A stretch of DNA of 64,000 bases. It comes from a virus (Duplodnaviria > Heunggongvirae > Uroviricota > Caudoviricetes). Position 1 is the stretch's first letter. Every line of letters starts with the position of its first letter. Location: positions 141,556 to 205,555 of the IMG/VR virus record IMGVR_UViG_3300012933_000323; one strand, 5' to 3'. The notes under the pieces are model-generated. The model saw nothing but the letters and a program-made list of their open reading frames with translations, did no database searches and was not told the origin of the DNA. Below, piece after piece: positions 47,958 to 57,477 of this stretch. The translations under genes and the position numbers were made by a program.

Positions 47958-48835
47958 TTTGATCTTTCGTTAATATCTTTACAGAACTTATCTACTTCAT
48001 ACATAATAAATTCCGTGCTGTTCTCTCTACCAGAAATTTTAAAAGAACGGTAACCAAGCAATTGCGCTTTCTTTACCATATCTCTCGTGTATTGCATACC
48101 CATTCTTTCGCCAAACTTGTCTTTATGTTTTTGACAACCGGTATGAGGGTTGAACCAATCTAACCAACATTCCTCAACCTTAAAACAATGATCGTGGCCA
48201 AGTTCTTCCCACGGGTTTTTACTAATTGTGTTCTGCTCAGCAATCTTTGTAAAGTGCTCATGATAATGCGGGCACGAATACGCGCATGCATCGTTAATAA
48301 GCAACTCGTATTTCTGAACATCAACAGATTCATAGAACCTTGGTTCAAACACAACCTCAAACTTAGGAACAATCCAATCGTACTTTGACTCGAGGTCTTT
48401 ATATCTTGCTAGCAATTCATCGGTTACCTTCGTCTTGCTTGGGTGACCAGTGATTGAATAAATTAACTCAAAGTCGTAGTTCAATCTAAGATACTTTCTA
48501 AGATCTTCATTGATTAGTACAATTTTGTTTCTTACATTGTATTTCTTTTGTGATTCATCCATCCATTGAAGAAGTTCGTTCCCAACAGGATCTGATAAAT
48601 CAATTACGGGATTTGTAAATGTTAAAGATATAGTAATACCAAACTTGTTGTATCTTTCAATTGTATCTTGTGTTAACTTAATATTTCTATTGATTCTACC
48701 ACCATTCCATTGGCATAAGTTCGGCCCCTCATATACATTAAAAGCAATATTCTTATTTTTAAGTTTATAGATTGGTAAGTGCTTAATGAATGCATCGTAA
48801 TGTACGACTGCACCAGCAACATTTAAGTTTATCAT
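47954..48835 (-). CDS. U32-family Fe-S protein (UbiU/UbiV/TrhP/RlhA-like)
   Basis: WNGGR, ELLINDACAYSCP, additional Cys, SFKISGRE (compare KIEGR). Confidence 0.7.
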   Translation of the reverse strand: MINLNVAGAVVHYDAFIKHLPIYKLKNKNIAFNVYEGPNLCQWNGGRINRNIKLTQDTIERYNKFGITISLTFTNPVIDLSDPVGNELLQWMDESQKKYNVRNKIVLINEDLRKYLRLNYDFELIYSITGHPSKTKVTDELLARYKDLESKYDWIVPKFEVVFEPRFYESVDVQKYELLINDACAYSCPHYHEHFTKIAEQNTISKNPWEELGHDHCFKVEECWLDWFNPHTGCQKHKDKFGERMGMQYTRDMVKKAQLLGYRSFKISGRENSTEFIMYEVDKFCKDINERSK

Positions 48836-48844
48836 ATTGTCCTT

Positions 48845-49606
48845 TTACATTATGAAGCAATGATCATTTGGGCAAATGTCATGGTTATCTCTATATGAAC
48901 ATGTGTAAGATCTAAGCATAGGATCAAACAGTACATAAGTTTCTTTGTACATGCAAGGTTTGCCTTTTGGTGACCATACACCCTTCATCTGGTTTTCCCA
49001 ATTGAAACTCCTATTGCCATGTTCAAAATTAACAAATCTACCAACGACGCTTTGACGTAATTCGTTATATTCAAATAGATATTTATTTACGTCCACACCT
49101 TTGAATCCAGCAACTGGCACAAGCCTTAGCTTTTCTCTTGGGAAAACCTTGGAAAGATCTTTATAATAATCAATTGATATCTTCCCCATGAACATAATGT
49201 CAACTCTTTTAATTAGATGTTCTAATCTAACAAGTTCATCTATGTACTTTTGTTTATTCTTTATTTCTGTTGGATGAACAGACACCTGTACTTTTTCATT
49301 AATCTTTTCAATTCTTTTTGGTAAACTAAAATTTGTCTGAATAACGTACTTCATTTGTACTTCATTTAGTTTTTGAATAATTTCGCCAAAGAACGGATGC
49401 GCAAATGGTTCACCACCAAATAGAAATAGCTCAACATCTGGATATTTTTCTTTTAGTGTTTCAATGAATGCATTTACTTTGGCCTTATCTTTCTCAAAAA
49501 GAATAGGTGTAGGTAATGCCGAGTTTCTGGAATTAACACAGTACTCACATTTAAAATTACAATCTAAAGTTACTTCCCATTCAACGATCATAGTAAAACC
49601 TTCCAA
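48845..49606 (-). CDS. Radical SAM protein with Cys tail
   Basis: CNFKCEYC, FGGEP, QTN, VSVHP. Tail PC..TC..ICPNDHC. Confidence 0.9.
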   Translation of the reverse strand: MEGFTMIVEWEVTLDCNFKCEYCVNSRNSALPTPILFEKDKAKVNAFIETLKEKYPDVELFLFGGEPFAHPFFGEIIQKLNEVQMKYVIQTNFSLPKRIEKINEKVQVSVHPTEIKNKQKYIDELVRLEHLIKRVDIMFMGKISIDYYKDLSKVFPREKLRLVPVAGFKGVDVNKYLFEYNELRQSVVGRFVNFEHGNRSFNWENQMKGVWSPKGKPCMYKETYVLFDPMLRSYTCSYRDNHDICPNDHCFIM

Positions 49607-50427
49607 TTAAAGGTATCACATACACAGCCATATCCTGAGCAAGATGTCTTTTTGAATGATAGTCCATCTTTAATATGACCTAAGTCAACAGGATTATTGC
49701 ACAACGCGGTAATACGACCATCGTACTTGATTCTAACTACCGCTAGTTCACAGATAACATTTCTATTCATCGCGATGTTAATCAAATCTTCGTCAATACT
49801 CTCCTGAGGGGTGTAAACTTTATCGTCAATAGTATCGAACTGATTGATTACATTGTTCCTATACATCTCTTTAATCTTTGGATTTCTAATATCAGCTTCA
49901 ATACCATTATCACCATGAACAAATTGAATCTTGTAATTAACTTTATTTTCTATCAACCATAAAGAGTGCTCATACATTAAGTCAATATTGTCTTTACTAA
50001 TAATAAGTAAAGGTTCTATCTTATCACGTAATAATAAAATGTTGTGTTTAACCCAGTGATGCTTACTACTATCATGCCAAGATACGATAAACTTAGCGTT
50101 GATGTCTTTTACGATGTCAATGAATCTTTCGGGATAACTTAAATTTGTGTAAATCGTTACTGGATATTTTACACGTTCAGTGAACTCTTTTACCTTCTCT
50201 GGAATTAATAGAGGATCACCACCAAGAAGTGATACTTTTAAATTACCAGTGAATTCATTAACTGACTTAATTACTTGCTCATACACATCTTCATTAAACA
50301 TTAACCGATTATCCAACTTATCGAGGATATAACAATACGGGCATCTATTATTACATGCCATAGTCATATCGTAATCAATACTGTAGAATCCTTTATTTTG
50401 CAGGTTCATCTGCTGCGGTTTGCGCAT
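49588..50427 (-). CDS. Radical SAM protein with Cys tail
   Basis: CNNRCPYC, LGGDP, YTN, VSWH. Tail IC..LC..SCSGYGCVCD. Confidence 0.9.
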   Translation of the reverse strand: MRKPQQMNLQNKGFYSIDYDMTMACNNRCPYCYILDKLDNRLMFNEDVYEQVIKSVNEFTGNLKVSLLGGDPLLIPEKVKEFTERVKYPVTIYTNLSYPERFIDIVKDINAKFIVSWHDSSKHHWVKHNILLLRDKIEPLLIISKDNIDLMYEHSLWLIENKVNYKIQFVHGDNGIEADIRNPKIKEMYRNNVINQFDTIDDKVYTPQESIDEDLINIAMNRNVICELAVVRIKYDGRITALCNNPVDLGHIKDGLSFKKTSCSGYGCVCDTFNWKVLL

Positions 50428-51346
50428 TTCTTACCTTCTTTAGTTTCAATAACCCGTCACAATTACATTCTTGGTGTGGACAAATCATCGGTTGAATTTC
50501 ACCAATTCTTTTAAAGTAATCCAAGTCTCTTAATAATAAAGATGTCTCGGTGTTTTCGGGTTTACAGAACTTAACAACGTTACCGTGAACATCAACCTCA
50601 TAGTTATTATTCCAGCAAGACCATCCTTTGAACTTTGTTAATCCGTACTTGTAAACTTCATAATCATTAAATAGTTCATCGTTATATTCAATGTCTTTAG
50701 GTAGTTCCTCAAACTCTTTAAAGAATTCCCACGCCTCTTCTTTATATTTGTATAAGCGCCTGTCCCATTTTGTGTGAACATAATGAGGGTGAATCTTTAC
50801 GCCAAGTGATTGGATATCCTTAGCCATTTTCTGAGCTTTTGCCCAGAACTTTTTATTTGGATGTAGTAGAATGTTTACTTTTAATTTACCACCCTTTTCT
50901 AAAATGTATTTCACATTCTGAACAAATCGCTCTTCGCTTGTGCAATCAGCTGGGTGATAACTAAATAAAAATGCAACGCCATCGGTTTCAATAGTTCTTA
51001 AATCTTTCTCACCGTTTGTTGTTACATACACTCGATTAAATTTTTCTAATTTTCTAATCTTTTTGATGATGTAATTATAGTGCGGCGCAATCGTTGGTTC
51101 ACCACCAAGTAATCCAAGATTGAATGGTAACGTGCTGCGGCTTAATGCCTCAATTACTTTATCAATTGTGTCTTTGCTTGCGATTTTATTCCAATCTTTG
51201 CCGTAGTTATTTCGTGCGTAGCAGTACCCACACTTTAACTGGCAAATAGTTACAACGTCCCAGTGAACATTTAGATGATTTACATTTTGATCTAAATGCC
51301 CCTGTGTGGAGTAATCTTCCATTTTAGGAATACTAAGTCGTGCCAT
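50393..51346 (-). CDS. Radical SAM protein with Cys tail
   Basis: CQLKCGYC, LGGEP, TTNG, FSYHP. Tail SCW..FC..ICPHQECNCD. Confidence 0.9.
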   Translation of the reverse strand: MARLSIPKMEDYSTQGHLDQNVNHLNVHWDVVTICQLKCGYCYARNNYGKDWNKIASKDTIDKVIEALSRSTLPFNLGLLGGEPTIAPHYNYIIKKIRKLEKFNRVYVTTNGEKDLRTIETDGVAFLFSYHPADCTSEERFVQNVKYILEKGGKLKVNILLHPNKKFWAKAQKMAKDIQSLGVKIHPHYVHTKWDRRLYKYKEEAWEFFKEFEELPKDIEYNDELFNDYEVYKYGLTKFKGWSCWNNNYEVDVHGNVVKFCKPENTETSLLLRDLDYFKRIGEIQPMICPHQECNCDGLLKLKKVRNAQTAADEPAK

Positions 51347-51917
51347 AATAGTTTGTGCTCTCTGGGAATGAGATATTATCTCCGCCGTCTGTTGTTTGGA
51401 TATAAAGAACTTTGTGTAAAAGCAATTTTCTTGCGCCCTTATTTAATAAAAATTCTATAAGTTTTCTATCGTTATGAATATGACTATCTTCTGGGTATTC
51501 CCATTGATTAACTAATTCACGCTTCATTATAAATTGACCTAACTGGAGAACTTCATCTTTAGCGCATTTAGCAATCCAATTATCGTTCCAACTTGGGTAA
51601 TACAATCCGTGAATAATGTCGTAACCATTTAAGTAGTTCATAACTTCATAGAACGAATCAGTCAAGTAGTCGTCATCTTCTAGATAATAAATGAACTCGC
51701 CTTTAGCATTTAATAATAATGATTCGTATATACCAGATAGATTATCAAACTGGTTATAGAAGTATTTTACTTGGCCGTGTTGTACTTCATATATATCATT
51801 ACTATCATTATTCACTAGGATTTCAACGTCTTTAGGAATATGCTTAAGTGCTGACAATAAACATCTATTAAATAGGCCAGGTCTTTTATGTGTAGGAATT
51901 AAAATACTAAGTTTCAT
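51333..51917 (-). CDS. Glycosyltransferase family 2 (GT-A)
   Basis: SILIPTHKR, EILVNND, AKGEFIYYLEDDD. Confidence 0.88.
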   Translation of the reverse strand: MKLSILIPTHKRPGLFNRCLLSALKHIPKDVEILVNNDSNDIYEVQHGQVKYFYNQFDNLSGIYESLLLNAKGEFIYYLEDDDYLTDSFYEVMNYLNGYDIIHGLYYPSWNDNWIAKCAKDEVLQLGQFIMKRELVNQWEYPEDSHIHNDRKLIEFLLNKGARKLLLHKVLYIQTTDGGDNISFPESTNYYGTT

Positions 51918-52950
51918 AGAATCCTTTTCTATAAAAATTCACCTCATGAATTTTATCGCCAGGTTGTGGTTTGAATTCATTATTTGGTAATTGCTTCTCA
52001 ATGCCGTCACAAATAAAATAGTGCTTACACTCTTTACATTTATTGGACTTGTTATATCCGTTCATTCTAAAGTGTTTAGCCGCGTTATAAGATTGGCGTA
52101 ACTTTTCTTCTTTAGTATATGTTTTGGTAGTATCAATTTCGTGATTATAGATTGCAAGATTCCAATCGTATACATCATAGATATGTTGGTAATAGTTTAC
52201 AACATATCGTTCGTAACCTTCCATATAACAATACGGCACATAACGAACATTTATGTATTTTATATCATCTTTGATTAAATCAATACAGATCTTAATACTG
52301 TCTGTGATTTCTGAATATTGAACTTCGCGGAATGTACTGTTATCAGTGTCGTAGTTCAAGCAAATAAAATTTACTTCTAATGGATTGAGTTCACGCAGCA
52401 ATTCAACGTACTCATCGTGTAAGTACATATGATTTAAATCATACACCGTACAATTGATACGCACAACCATTTGTAATTCTATTGCATTCTTAATAGCTTG
52501 AATAATCTTCTTAAAAGATCCTTTCTTGCCAGTAATTTTGTCATGAATCTCTGGATTTGATCCGTGTACACTGAAAAGAATTTCGGTTAGGCCATGATCC
52601 TTAGACTTTTTAAGGAATTCCATATCGCAGAATTTACCACCATGAGTTAAAGTACTCACGGTCATTTCTTTTTCTTTACAGTACTTTAAAATGTTGAACC
52701 AGTTCGGTTCAACTGAAGACTCGCCACCACTTAAGTCAATTTGGCGGATGCCGTAATTAAAGATGTCGTCCACTCTTGACTTAATTACATCAAGAGAATC
52801 GCGCTCCATTAAGCGGTCTTTATAATAACAGAATTCACATTTATAGTTACACAAAAAGCCCGTGTTTAAACGAGCTCTTTCATTCATTGGTGTGTCCGTG
52901 TCTAGCTTTAGTCCAACTGTACTAAAAAGCTGCGAGCGTACTGATTTCAT
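51907..52950 (-). CDS. Radical SAM protein with C-terminal CxxCxxxxxC
   Basis: CNYKCEFC, SGGES, FSVHG..EIHDKIT, VPYC, CKECKHYFICDG. Confidence 0.92.
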   Translation of the reverse strand: MKSVRSQLFSTVGLKLDTDTPMNERARLNTGFLCNYKCEFCYYKDRLMERDSLDVIKSRVDDIFNYGIRQIDLSGGESSVEPNWFNILKYCKEKEMTVSTLTHGGKFCDMEFLKKSKDHGLTEILFSVHGSNPEIHDKITGKKGSFKKIIQAIKNAIELQMVVRINCTVYDLNHMYLHDEYVELLRELNPLEVNFICLNYDTDNSTFREVQYSEITDSIKICIDLIKDDIKYINVRYVPYCYMEGYERYVVNYYQHIYDVYDWNLAIYNHEIDTTKTYTKEEKLRQSYNAAKHFRMNGYNKSNKCKECKHYFICDGIEKQLPNNEFKPQPGDKIHEVNFYRKGFYET

Positions 52951-53812
52951 CTGTTTCCTTCAAATCAAGATTTACGCCTTTGTCAAGGTCGTTCCGTCTT
53001 ACCATTAATCCCCTATCTTTACTAATATCGTAAACGCCATCATAAATAACTTCTTTATTATAGTGTTTACACTCAACAATCAATCTTGATGAACAATCAA
53101 TTTTTGTCTTATTGGTTGATCCTGTATAGATGAATGTATCGAATAGTTCATATAGGTTATCAGCAGGAACTTTGTGTAATGTCATATTTGATGGTACTTC
53201 CATCTGAACATTGGTTAGCACAACGTATTGCTTATAGTTATATTTATTTGCAATTGATTCTAGGTTTTCGAAAGTTAACTTTCGCATGTTACTTGTACAA
53301 TAAATTGCAGCAGTATCATCAAATGTTTTATTAATTTCTTTGAACTTACTTAAAAGTAGTTTCTTTTTGTAATGTACAGAGTTCGGCAATGGGTCATACA
53401 AATCATAATCCTGCAAAACTATATCAGCCTTGTCAAGAAATTCATCATCGCAACATCTTAAGAAAATCTTTCTTTTGCAAATGATGTCCGCATCAAATGT
53501 TCTAATAGAACCATCAACAAAGATGATGTCATTAGCTATTAGTGCTTTGGGATTATAGTGATAGAATGTGCATGCTTCATATGCCTGAAGCTCTTCTGTT
53601 GAAAAGTCGTATTTGCTTAAAGCAACATTGACTTGGTCTTTTGATATGCCGTCAGCAATCATAATGCAGACGGATTTATTTTTATGAAACTTCAAATGAT
53701 AGAAATATTCAATCATCTCAAATAGATGACCAGATATTCCATGATTTGACTCCCAAGATGTGGTAAGGGTTATGTCGAATTTCTTCAACATAACCAATGG
53801 TGTCCTTCTCAT
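52922..53812 (-). CDS. Hypothetical protein, possibly GT-B-fold glycosyltransferase
   Basis: N-terminal HGISGHLFE. C-terminal FDTFIY...DCSSRLIVECKHYNKEVI resembles the GT-B (D/E)x7E nucleotide-binding motif. Confidence 0.45.
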   Translation of the reverse strand: MRRTPLVMLKKFDITLTTSWESNHGISGHLFEMIEYFYHLKFHKNKSVCIMIADGISKDQVNVALSKYDFSTEELQAYEACTFYHYNPKALIANDIIFVDGSIRTFDADIICKRKIFLRCCDDEFLDKADIVLQDYDLYDPLPNSVHYKKKLLLSKFKEINKTFDDTAAIYCTSNMRKLTFENLESIANKYNYKQYVVLTNVQMEVPSNMTLHKVPADNLYELFDTFIYTGSTNKTKIDCSSRLIVECKHYNKEVIYDGVYDISKDRGLMVRRNDLDKGVNLDLKETDEISTLAAF

Positions 53813-53821
53813 TTATATCTT

Positions 53822-54910
53822 TCAGATTTTTAGAATTTCGTCTCGACTTAACGGTGAATACCCAAGATCATTGAAAAGATTCTTTGGGAACTGCTTACCA
53901 ATTTTTGCCATTAGTGTAGGTCTGTCAACACCGTACTTTACTTCTTCATCGATATCATCAGATGGTACATAGTACTCAGCCAATGTTAAGTCCATGAACA
54001 GATCGTTAAATGGTGCGAATTCTTGTTCACTCATTAGAATATCTGTGTTAGCTTCGTAGTTACTAATCCACTTATTTGCACCGCGATAGTCGTCGCGTAC
54101 ATCAATAGAGATGCCTTCAGAAATATGTAGAACACCATCTGCCAATACGTCTTCAAACTTTACAACCTTTACATCTGAACGTTTTGCAAGTTCAACAGCA
54201 TTAATTGCAGCTTCATAGAATCGTTCAATATCTAATGCTTCAGTAAGATCTGGGCTTGTTGGTGAATTCCATTTTGTGTCTGGCTTTTTATTCATTAACC
54301 ATGCAACAGATGGGTTTCTGATAATGCTAACAACATGAACTTCTTCATCTGGCAATGCTGCCTTCAGCGCATCGATAAAGTATGAACCAAATGTTCCAGT
54401 AATTACCTTAACTGGGTATGCAAAGTTTTTAATGTTGTTCAGAACATCATCAAAATCGTGCGGGTGAAGCAAACGGTTTTGTTCTTCTGCATGCATATAG
54501 CTTGGGGTGTCGATCAGATCAAAATCAACATCCAATGAACAGAATCTATTTACGAAGTGGTTAACTTTAATACCATCTTCAAAGATGTCTTTATTCAATT
54601 TTAGAAAATACTCAACAACCTCAGGATCATTGTGCAATAGATCTTCTATCCCGTCGTCTTCACCACGATTCACCGCAGGTAATTCACCGGTTGAAGTAAG
54701 TTCAACTGGAGTTTCTTCTACACCAATGACGCCACCCTCAATAGAGCTTAGCTTATATACTAGCTTTCCGCTGCCATCGTGAATCTTAATGTCTGAATGA
54801 GAAAAATCACAAACATAACCTTTATATTCAAAGGTGTTCAAATTAGCCAGGATAATCCTAGATAAGAATTTTTTATTAATTGCTTGTGTTCCAGTCAATA
54901 CGATAACCAT
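53822..54910 (-). CDS. Hypothetical protein with sulfotransferase-like motifs
   Basis: N-terminal IVLTGT strand, VSIIRNP and VVKFEDVL resemble the RxP and YEDL motifs of sulfotransferase folds. Confidence 0.4.
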   Translation of the reverse strand: MVIVLTGTQAINKKFLSRIILANLNTFEYKGYVCDFSHSDIKIHDGSGKLVYKLSSIEGGVIGVEETPVELTSTGELPAVNRGEDDGIEDLLHNDPEVVEYFLKLNKDIFEDGIKVNHFVNRFCSLDVDFDLIDTPSYMHAEEQNRLLHPHDFDDVLNNIKNFAYPVKVITGTFGSYFIDALKAALPDEEVHVVSIIRNPSVAWLMNKKPDTKWNSPTSPDLTEALDIERFYEAAINAVELAKRSDVKVVKFEDVLADGVLHISEGISIDVRDDYRGANKWISNYEANTDILMSEQEFAPFNDLFMDLTLAEYYVPSDDIDEEVKYGVDRPTLMAKIGKQFPKNLFNDLGYSPLSRDEILKI

Positions 54911-54911
54911 A

Positions 54912-55307
54912 TTATCTCCTTAGATAACCCTCAACAATAGAATTTACAGATTCCGTATCTTCGTAATTTTGTAATTGTTGAAGGCTTTCAATAATTTTTG
55001 TGTACTCATCCTTTTTCTTCTGGATGATTTTAATATTATCTAACAAAGTAATATATTGTTCTAAATCTTCAATGAGTGTTTCATCACCGGTTTCAATAAT
55101 CTCAATATATTTTTCTTCTTTGTTTTTCTCAGTAATGAAAATACCAATAGCAGCAAATTTGTTATTCAACTGCATAAAGGTAACAAAATCTAGTAACGTG
55201 AAAGTAAGAAGGTCATCACCAAGGATTCCTCTTACTTTTGTCTTTACTGCTTTGGCTGCCTTACCAGCGTATGTATTTGTATCAATTCCTTCTACTTCTT
55301 CTTTCAT
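54912..55307 (-). CDS. Hypothetical helical protein
   Basis: 131-aa ORF with AAGGA RBS, directly downstream of the Cys-rich gene. Confidence 0.7.
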   Translation of the reverse strand: MKEEVEGIDTNTYAGKAAKAVKTKVRGILGDDLLTFTLLDFVTFMQLNNKFAAIGIFITEKNKEEKYIEIIETGDETLIEDLEQYITLLDNIKIIQKKKDEYTKIIESLQQLQNYEDTESVNSIVEGYLRR

Positions 55308-55315
55308 ACATTTCC

Positions 55316-55936
55316 TTAAATCGTGATAGGTAGTTTACTATAGTTTACCATATAGAATCCATTCTTATCTTTAGATAAAGCGGACTCATATTTAGTTCCA
55401 AGCAGTTCCTGTGCAATTACGCCTTTGTGAGTTATTTTTGAATCCCACTTGTAATTCCAAGTGTATAACTTCAAACCGTTTTGCATACCAATGAATTTGA
55501 TATTCATCTTTAATCGTTCATCACTGTAGTTACAGTTACATGTACATGCATAGTCACAGTTACAAGTGCAATAGTTACAGTTACAGGTACAGTAGTTACA
55601 GTTACATAAACAAACCGCGCCGCTGGCTTTAATCTTGTCAATGATATAGTTAACGTGACTTGCAGCAATCACTGTATTTGAATCAACATAACCATCGTTC
55701 CAATAATAATTAATATATTGTGATAGCGTGTTCAAGTCCTGAACTTCAATGATGTCATATAGACCCGTGTCTGGCACACCACCAGCTCCACGTCTAGATC
55801 TTTCAGAATTAATATTGTTTCTTAGTTCTACAAATTTAGCAGCTTCAATGGTTGCGCCAGAACCAACATAACCGATAGAATAAACTACAGCGTCTGTGCC
55901 GTCAGTTCCGTAGACGTCGATGCTCGTGGTTCCCAT
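55316..55936 (-). CDS. Cys-rich repeat protein fused to a peptidase S74 intramolecular chaperone; candidate substrate of the rSAM cluster
   Basis: ...CLCNCNYCTCNCNYCTCNCDYACTCNCNY-SDERLKMNI...LYTWNYKW...GVIAQEL...GFYMVNYSKL. AGGAG RBS. Confidence 0.85.
   Translation of the reverse strand: MGTTSIDVYGTDGTDAVVYSIGYVGSGATIEAAKFVELRNNINSERSRRGAGGVPDTGLYDIIEVQDLNTLSQYINYYWNDGYVDSNTVIAASHVNYIIDKIKASGAVCLCNCNYCTCNCNYCTCNCDYACTCNCNYSDERLKMNIKFIGMQNGLKLYTWNYKWDSKITHKGVIAQELLGTKYESALSKDKNGFYMVNYSKLPITI
55526..55612 (-). repeat. Four tandem ~21-bp repeats encoding CxCNC(N/D)Y
   Basis: Plus-strand tagttacagttaca units. 12 Cys within residues 109-135. Confidence 0.9.
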
Positions 55937-56350
55937 TTAAATCTCCTGTTTTAGAAAATCCATGTTTTCCTTGAGTTTGTTGTCTGCAAGGAATTTTTCA
56001 TAGTCGTCGATGGATTCACCATCTTTATTATTTATACTTGTAGTATTACCAATGATAAAGTCGATGGTCGCAGCGTCTGCTTCCTTAGAACTTACAAAAT
56101 CACCATTTTGGTTATTAATGTAATCTTTTTCTAAGATGTGCGTAACTAACTGTTCTAAATCGTATCCAAGGAGTTTAGAGATGAGTTCTAACTTTTCTGA
56201 GATATCCAATTCAGTTTTACTATTGGATGCTTCCATAGTATCTACAGCACTTTTAAAGTTAACCAAAAGAAGTGAACCGATTGCTTCGTTTTCGTCTTTA
56301 ATCTCTTTGATCAATTCAAAGATTTTGTTCATTTTGTCAATAATAGTCAT
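55937..56350 (-). CDS. Hypothetical acidic protein
   Basis: 137-aa ORF coupled to both neighbours. Confidence 0.7.
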   Translation of the reverse strand: MTIIDKMNKIFELIKEIKDENEAIGSLLLVNFKSAVDTMEASNSKTELDISEKLELISKLLGYDLEQLVTHILEKDYINNQNGDFVSSKEADAATIDFIIGNTTSINNKDGESIDDYEKFLADNKLKENMDFLKQEI

Positions 56351-57213
56351 TGTACTTTTTCCTTAAAGTCATTAAATTTTGGTGCGATTACGTCGTTCTT
56401 ATATGTGGTTACGTTACCTTCATCGGTAAAATAAGTCTTAATATCTTTTCGTGAACCACATCCGTTACATGCATCGCAGAACAGTGCACAAACTGGTATA
56501 GTAATATCTCTATTAAACCAATCTTGTCTAAGATCTTCTTTCGCCTGTTTGAGTAATTTTAACATATCATCAGTTAAAGTACTCCAAGCTATAGATGTAA
56601 TGATTCTTTGTGGCTTGATTGTTTTAGCAATCAGCTTGATGTCCGCATAGAGGTTATTTATATTGCCGCTGTGCATGGTGTAGCGAAGTCTAAACGGCAC
56701 GTTATGATCGTTTAGTTTCTTAAACACCTTGATCATAAACGGTGTACTTGGTTTGCCATTATGCGTGATTCGTTCGCCATTACCAACACCATCAAAACTA
56801 ATATCCAACGATGTTAACCCAAGAATGTTGTACTTCAGTTTCTTATATCCAATAATGAAGTCATCCTTCAAAAATCGAATACCGTTTGTACTAATATTAA
56901 AGTGGACATTCTTTTTCTTACTGTATGCGTAATCCATGAAGTACAGCGCGTTCTCCCACTGTAATGTTACTTCACCACCAAATAGAACAAACAATGTCTG
57001 AGTGTCAGGATCTTCACGAGCAATAATTGCATCAATAGAATCTCTAATCTGTTCTTGTGATAGTACTTGTTCAGGTCGACCAATTAGATCTTCATAACAG
57101 TACGTACACGCAAGATTACATCTATTTGTAAAATAGATGACATTAACACCAGAATTCTCGATAATTGGTTTAGTATCATCGATGTAAAAATCTTTAGGCG
57201 TTAGTTTTGTCAT
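56347..57213 (-). CDS. Radical SAM protein (anSME/peptide-maturase-like core, short Cys tail)
   Basis: TNRCNLACTYCY, FGGEV, STNG, ISFDG. Tail CALFCDACNGC. Confidence 0.92.
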   Translation of the reverse strand: MTKLTPKDFYIDDTKPIIENSGVNVIYFTNRCNLACTYCYEDLIGRPEQVLSQEQIRDSIDAIIAREDPDTQTLFVLFGGEVTLQWENALYFMDYAYSKKKNVHFNISTNGIRFLKDDFIIGYKKLKYNILGLTSLDISFDGVGNGERITHNGKPSTPFMIKVFKKLNDHNVPFRLRYTMHSGNINNLYADIKLIAKTIKPQRIITSIAWSTLTDDMLKLLKQAKEDLRQDWFNRDITIPVCALFCDACNGCGSRKDIKTYFTDEGNVTTYKNDVIAPKFNDFKEKVQ

Positions 57214-57476
57214 GCTAACCCTTTACCCTTTTTAATGATATAAGCCATGTCTGCCAGAAATCCAGCATAATCATAACTATAATCAAACAGGTGGTTTAGT
57301 CCGTCAGCGTTACCAACATACTTTGAGTCGACTTTTGCTCGACCTTTTCTTGCTTCTTCAATCTGAATTTGCAATTCTTCTGTTGATAGTACTTTGTCAG
57401 TAATAGGATTAACAACGTTCATCTCTACTTTTACAGGTACATCATCAACGATGCTTCGTAATTTTCTTCTTGCCAT
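57210..57476 (-). CDS. Hypothetical protein
   Basis: 88-aa coupled ORF. Confidence 0.65.
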   Translation of the reverse strand: MARRKLRSIVDDVPVKVEMNVVNPITDKVLSTEELQIQIEEARKGRAKVDSKYVGNADGLNHLFDYSYDYAGFLADMAYIIKKGKGLA

Positions 57477-57477
57477 A

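Noticed and set aside
55526-55612. Short tandem repeats as a possible CRISPR array
   Set aside because: The units are contiguous, in frame and have no spacers. No cas genes are present.
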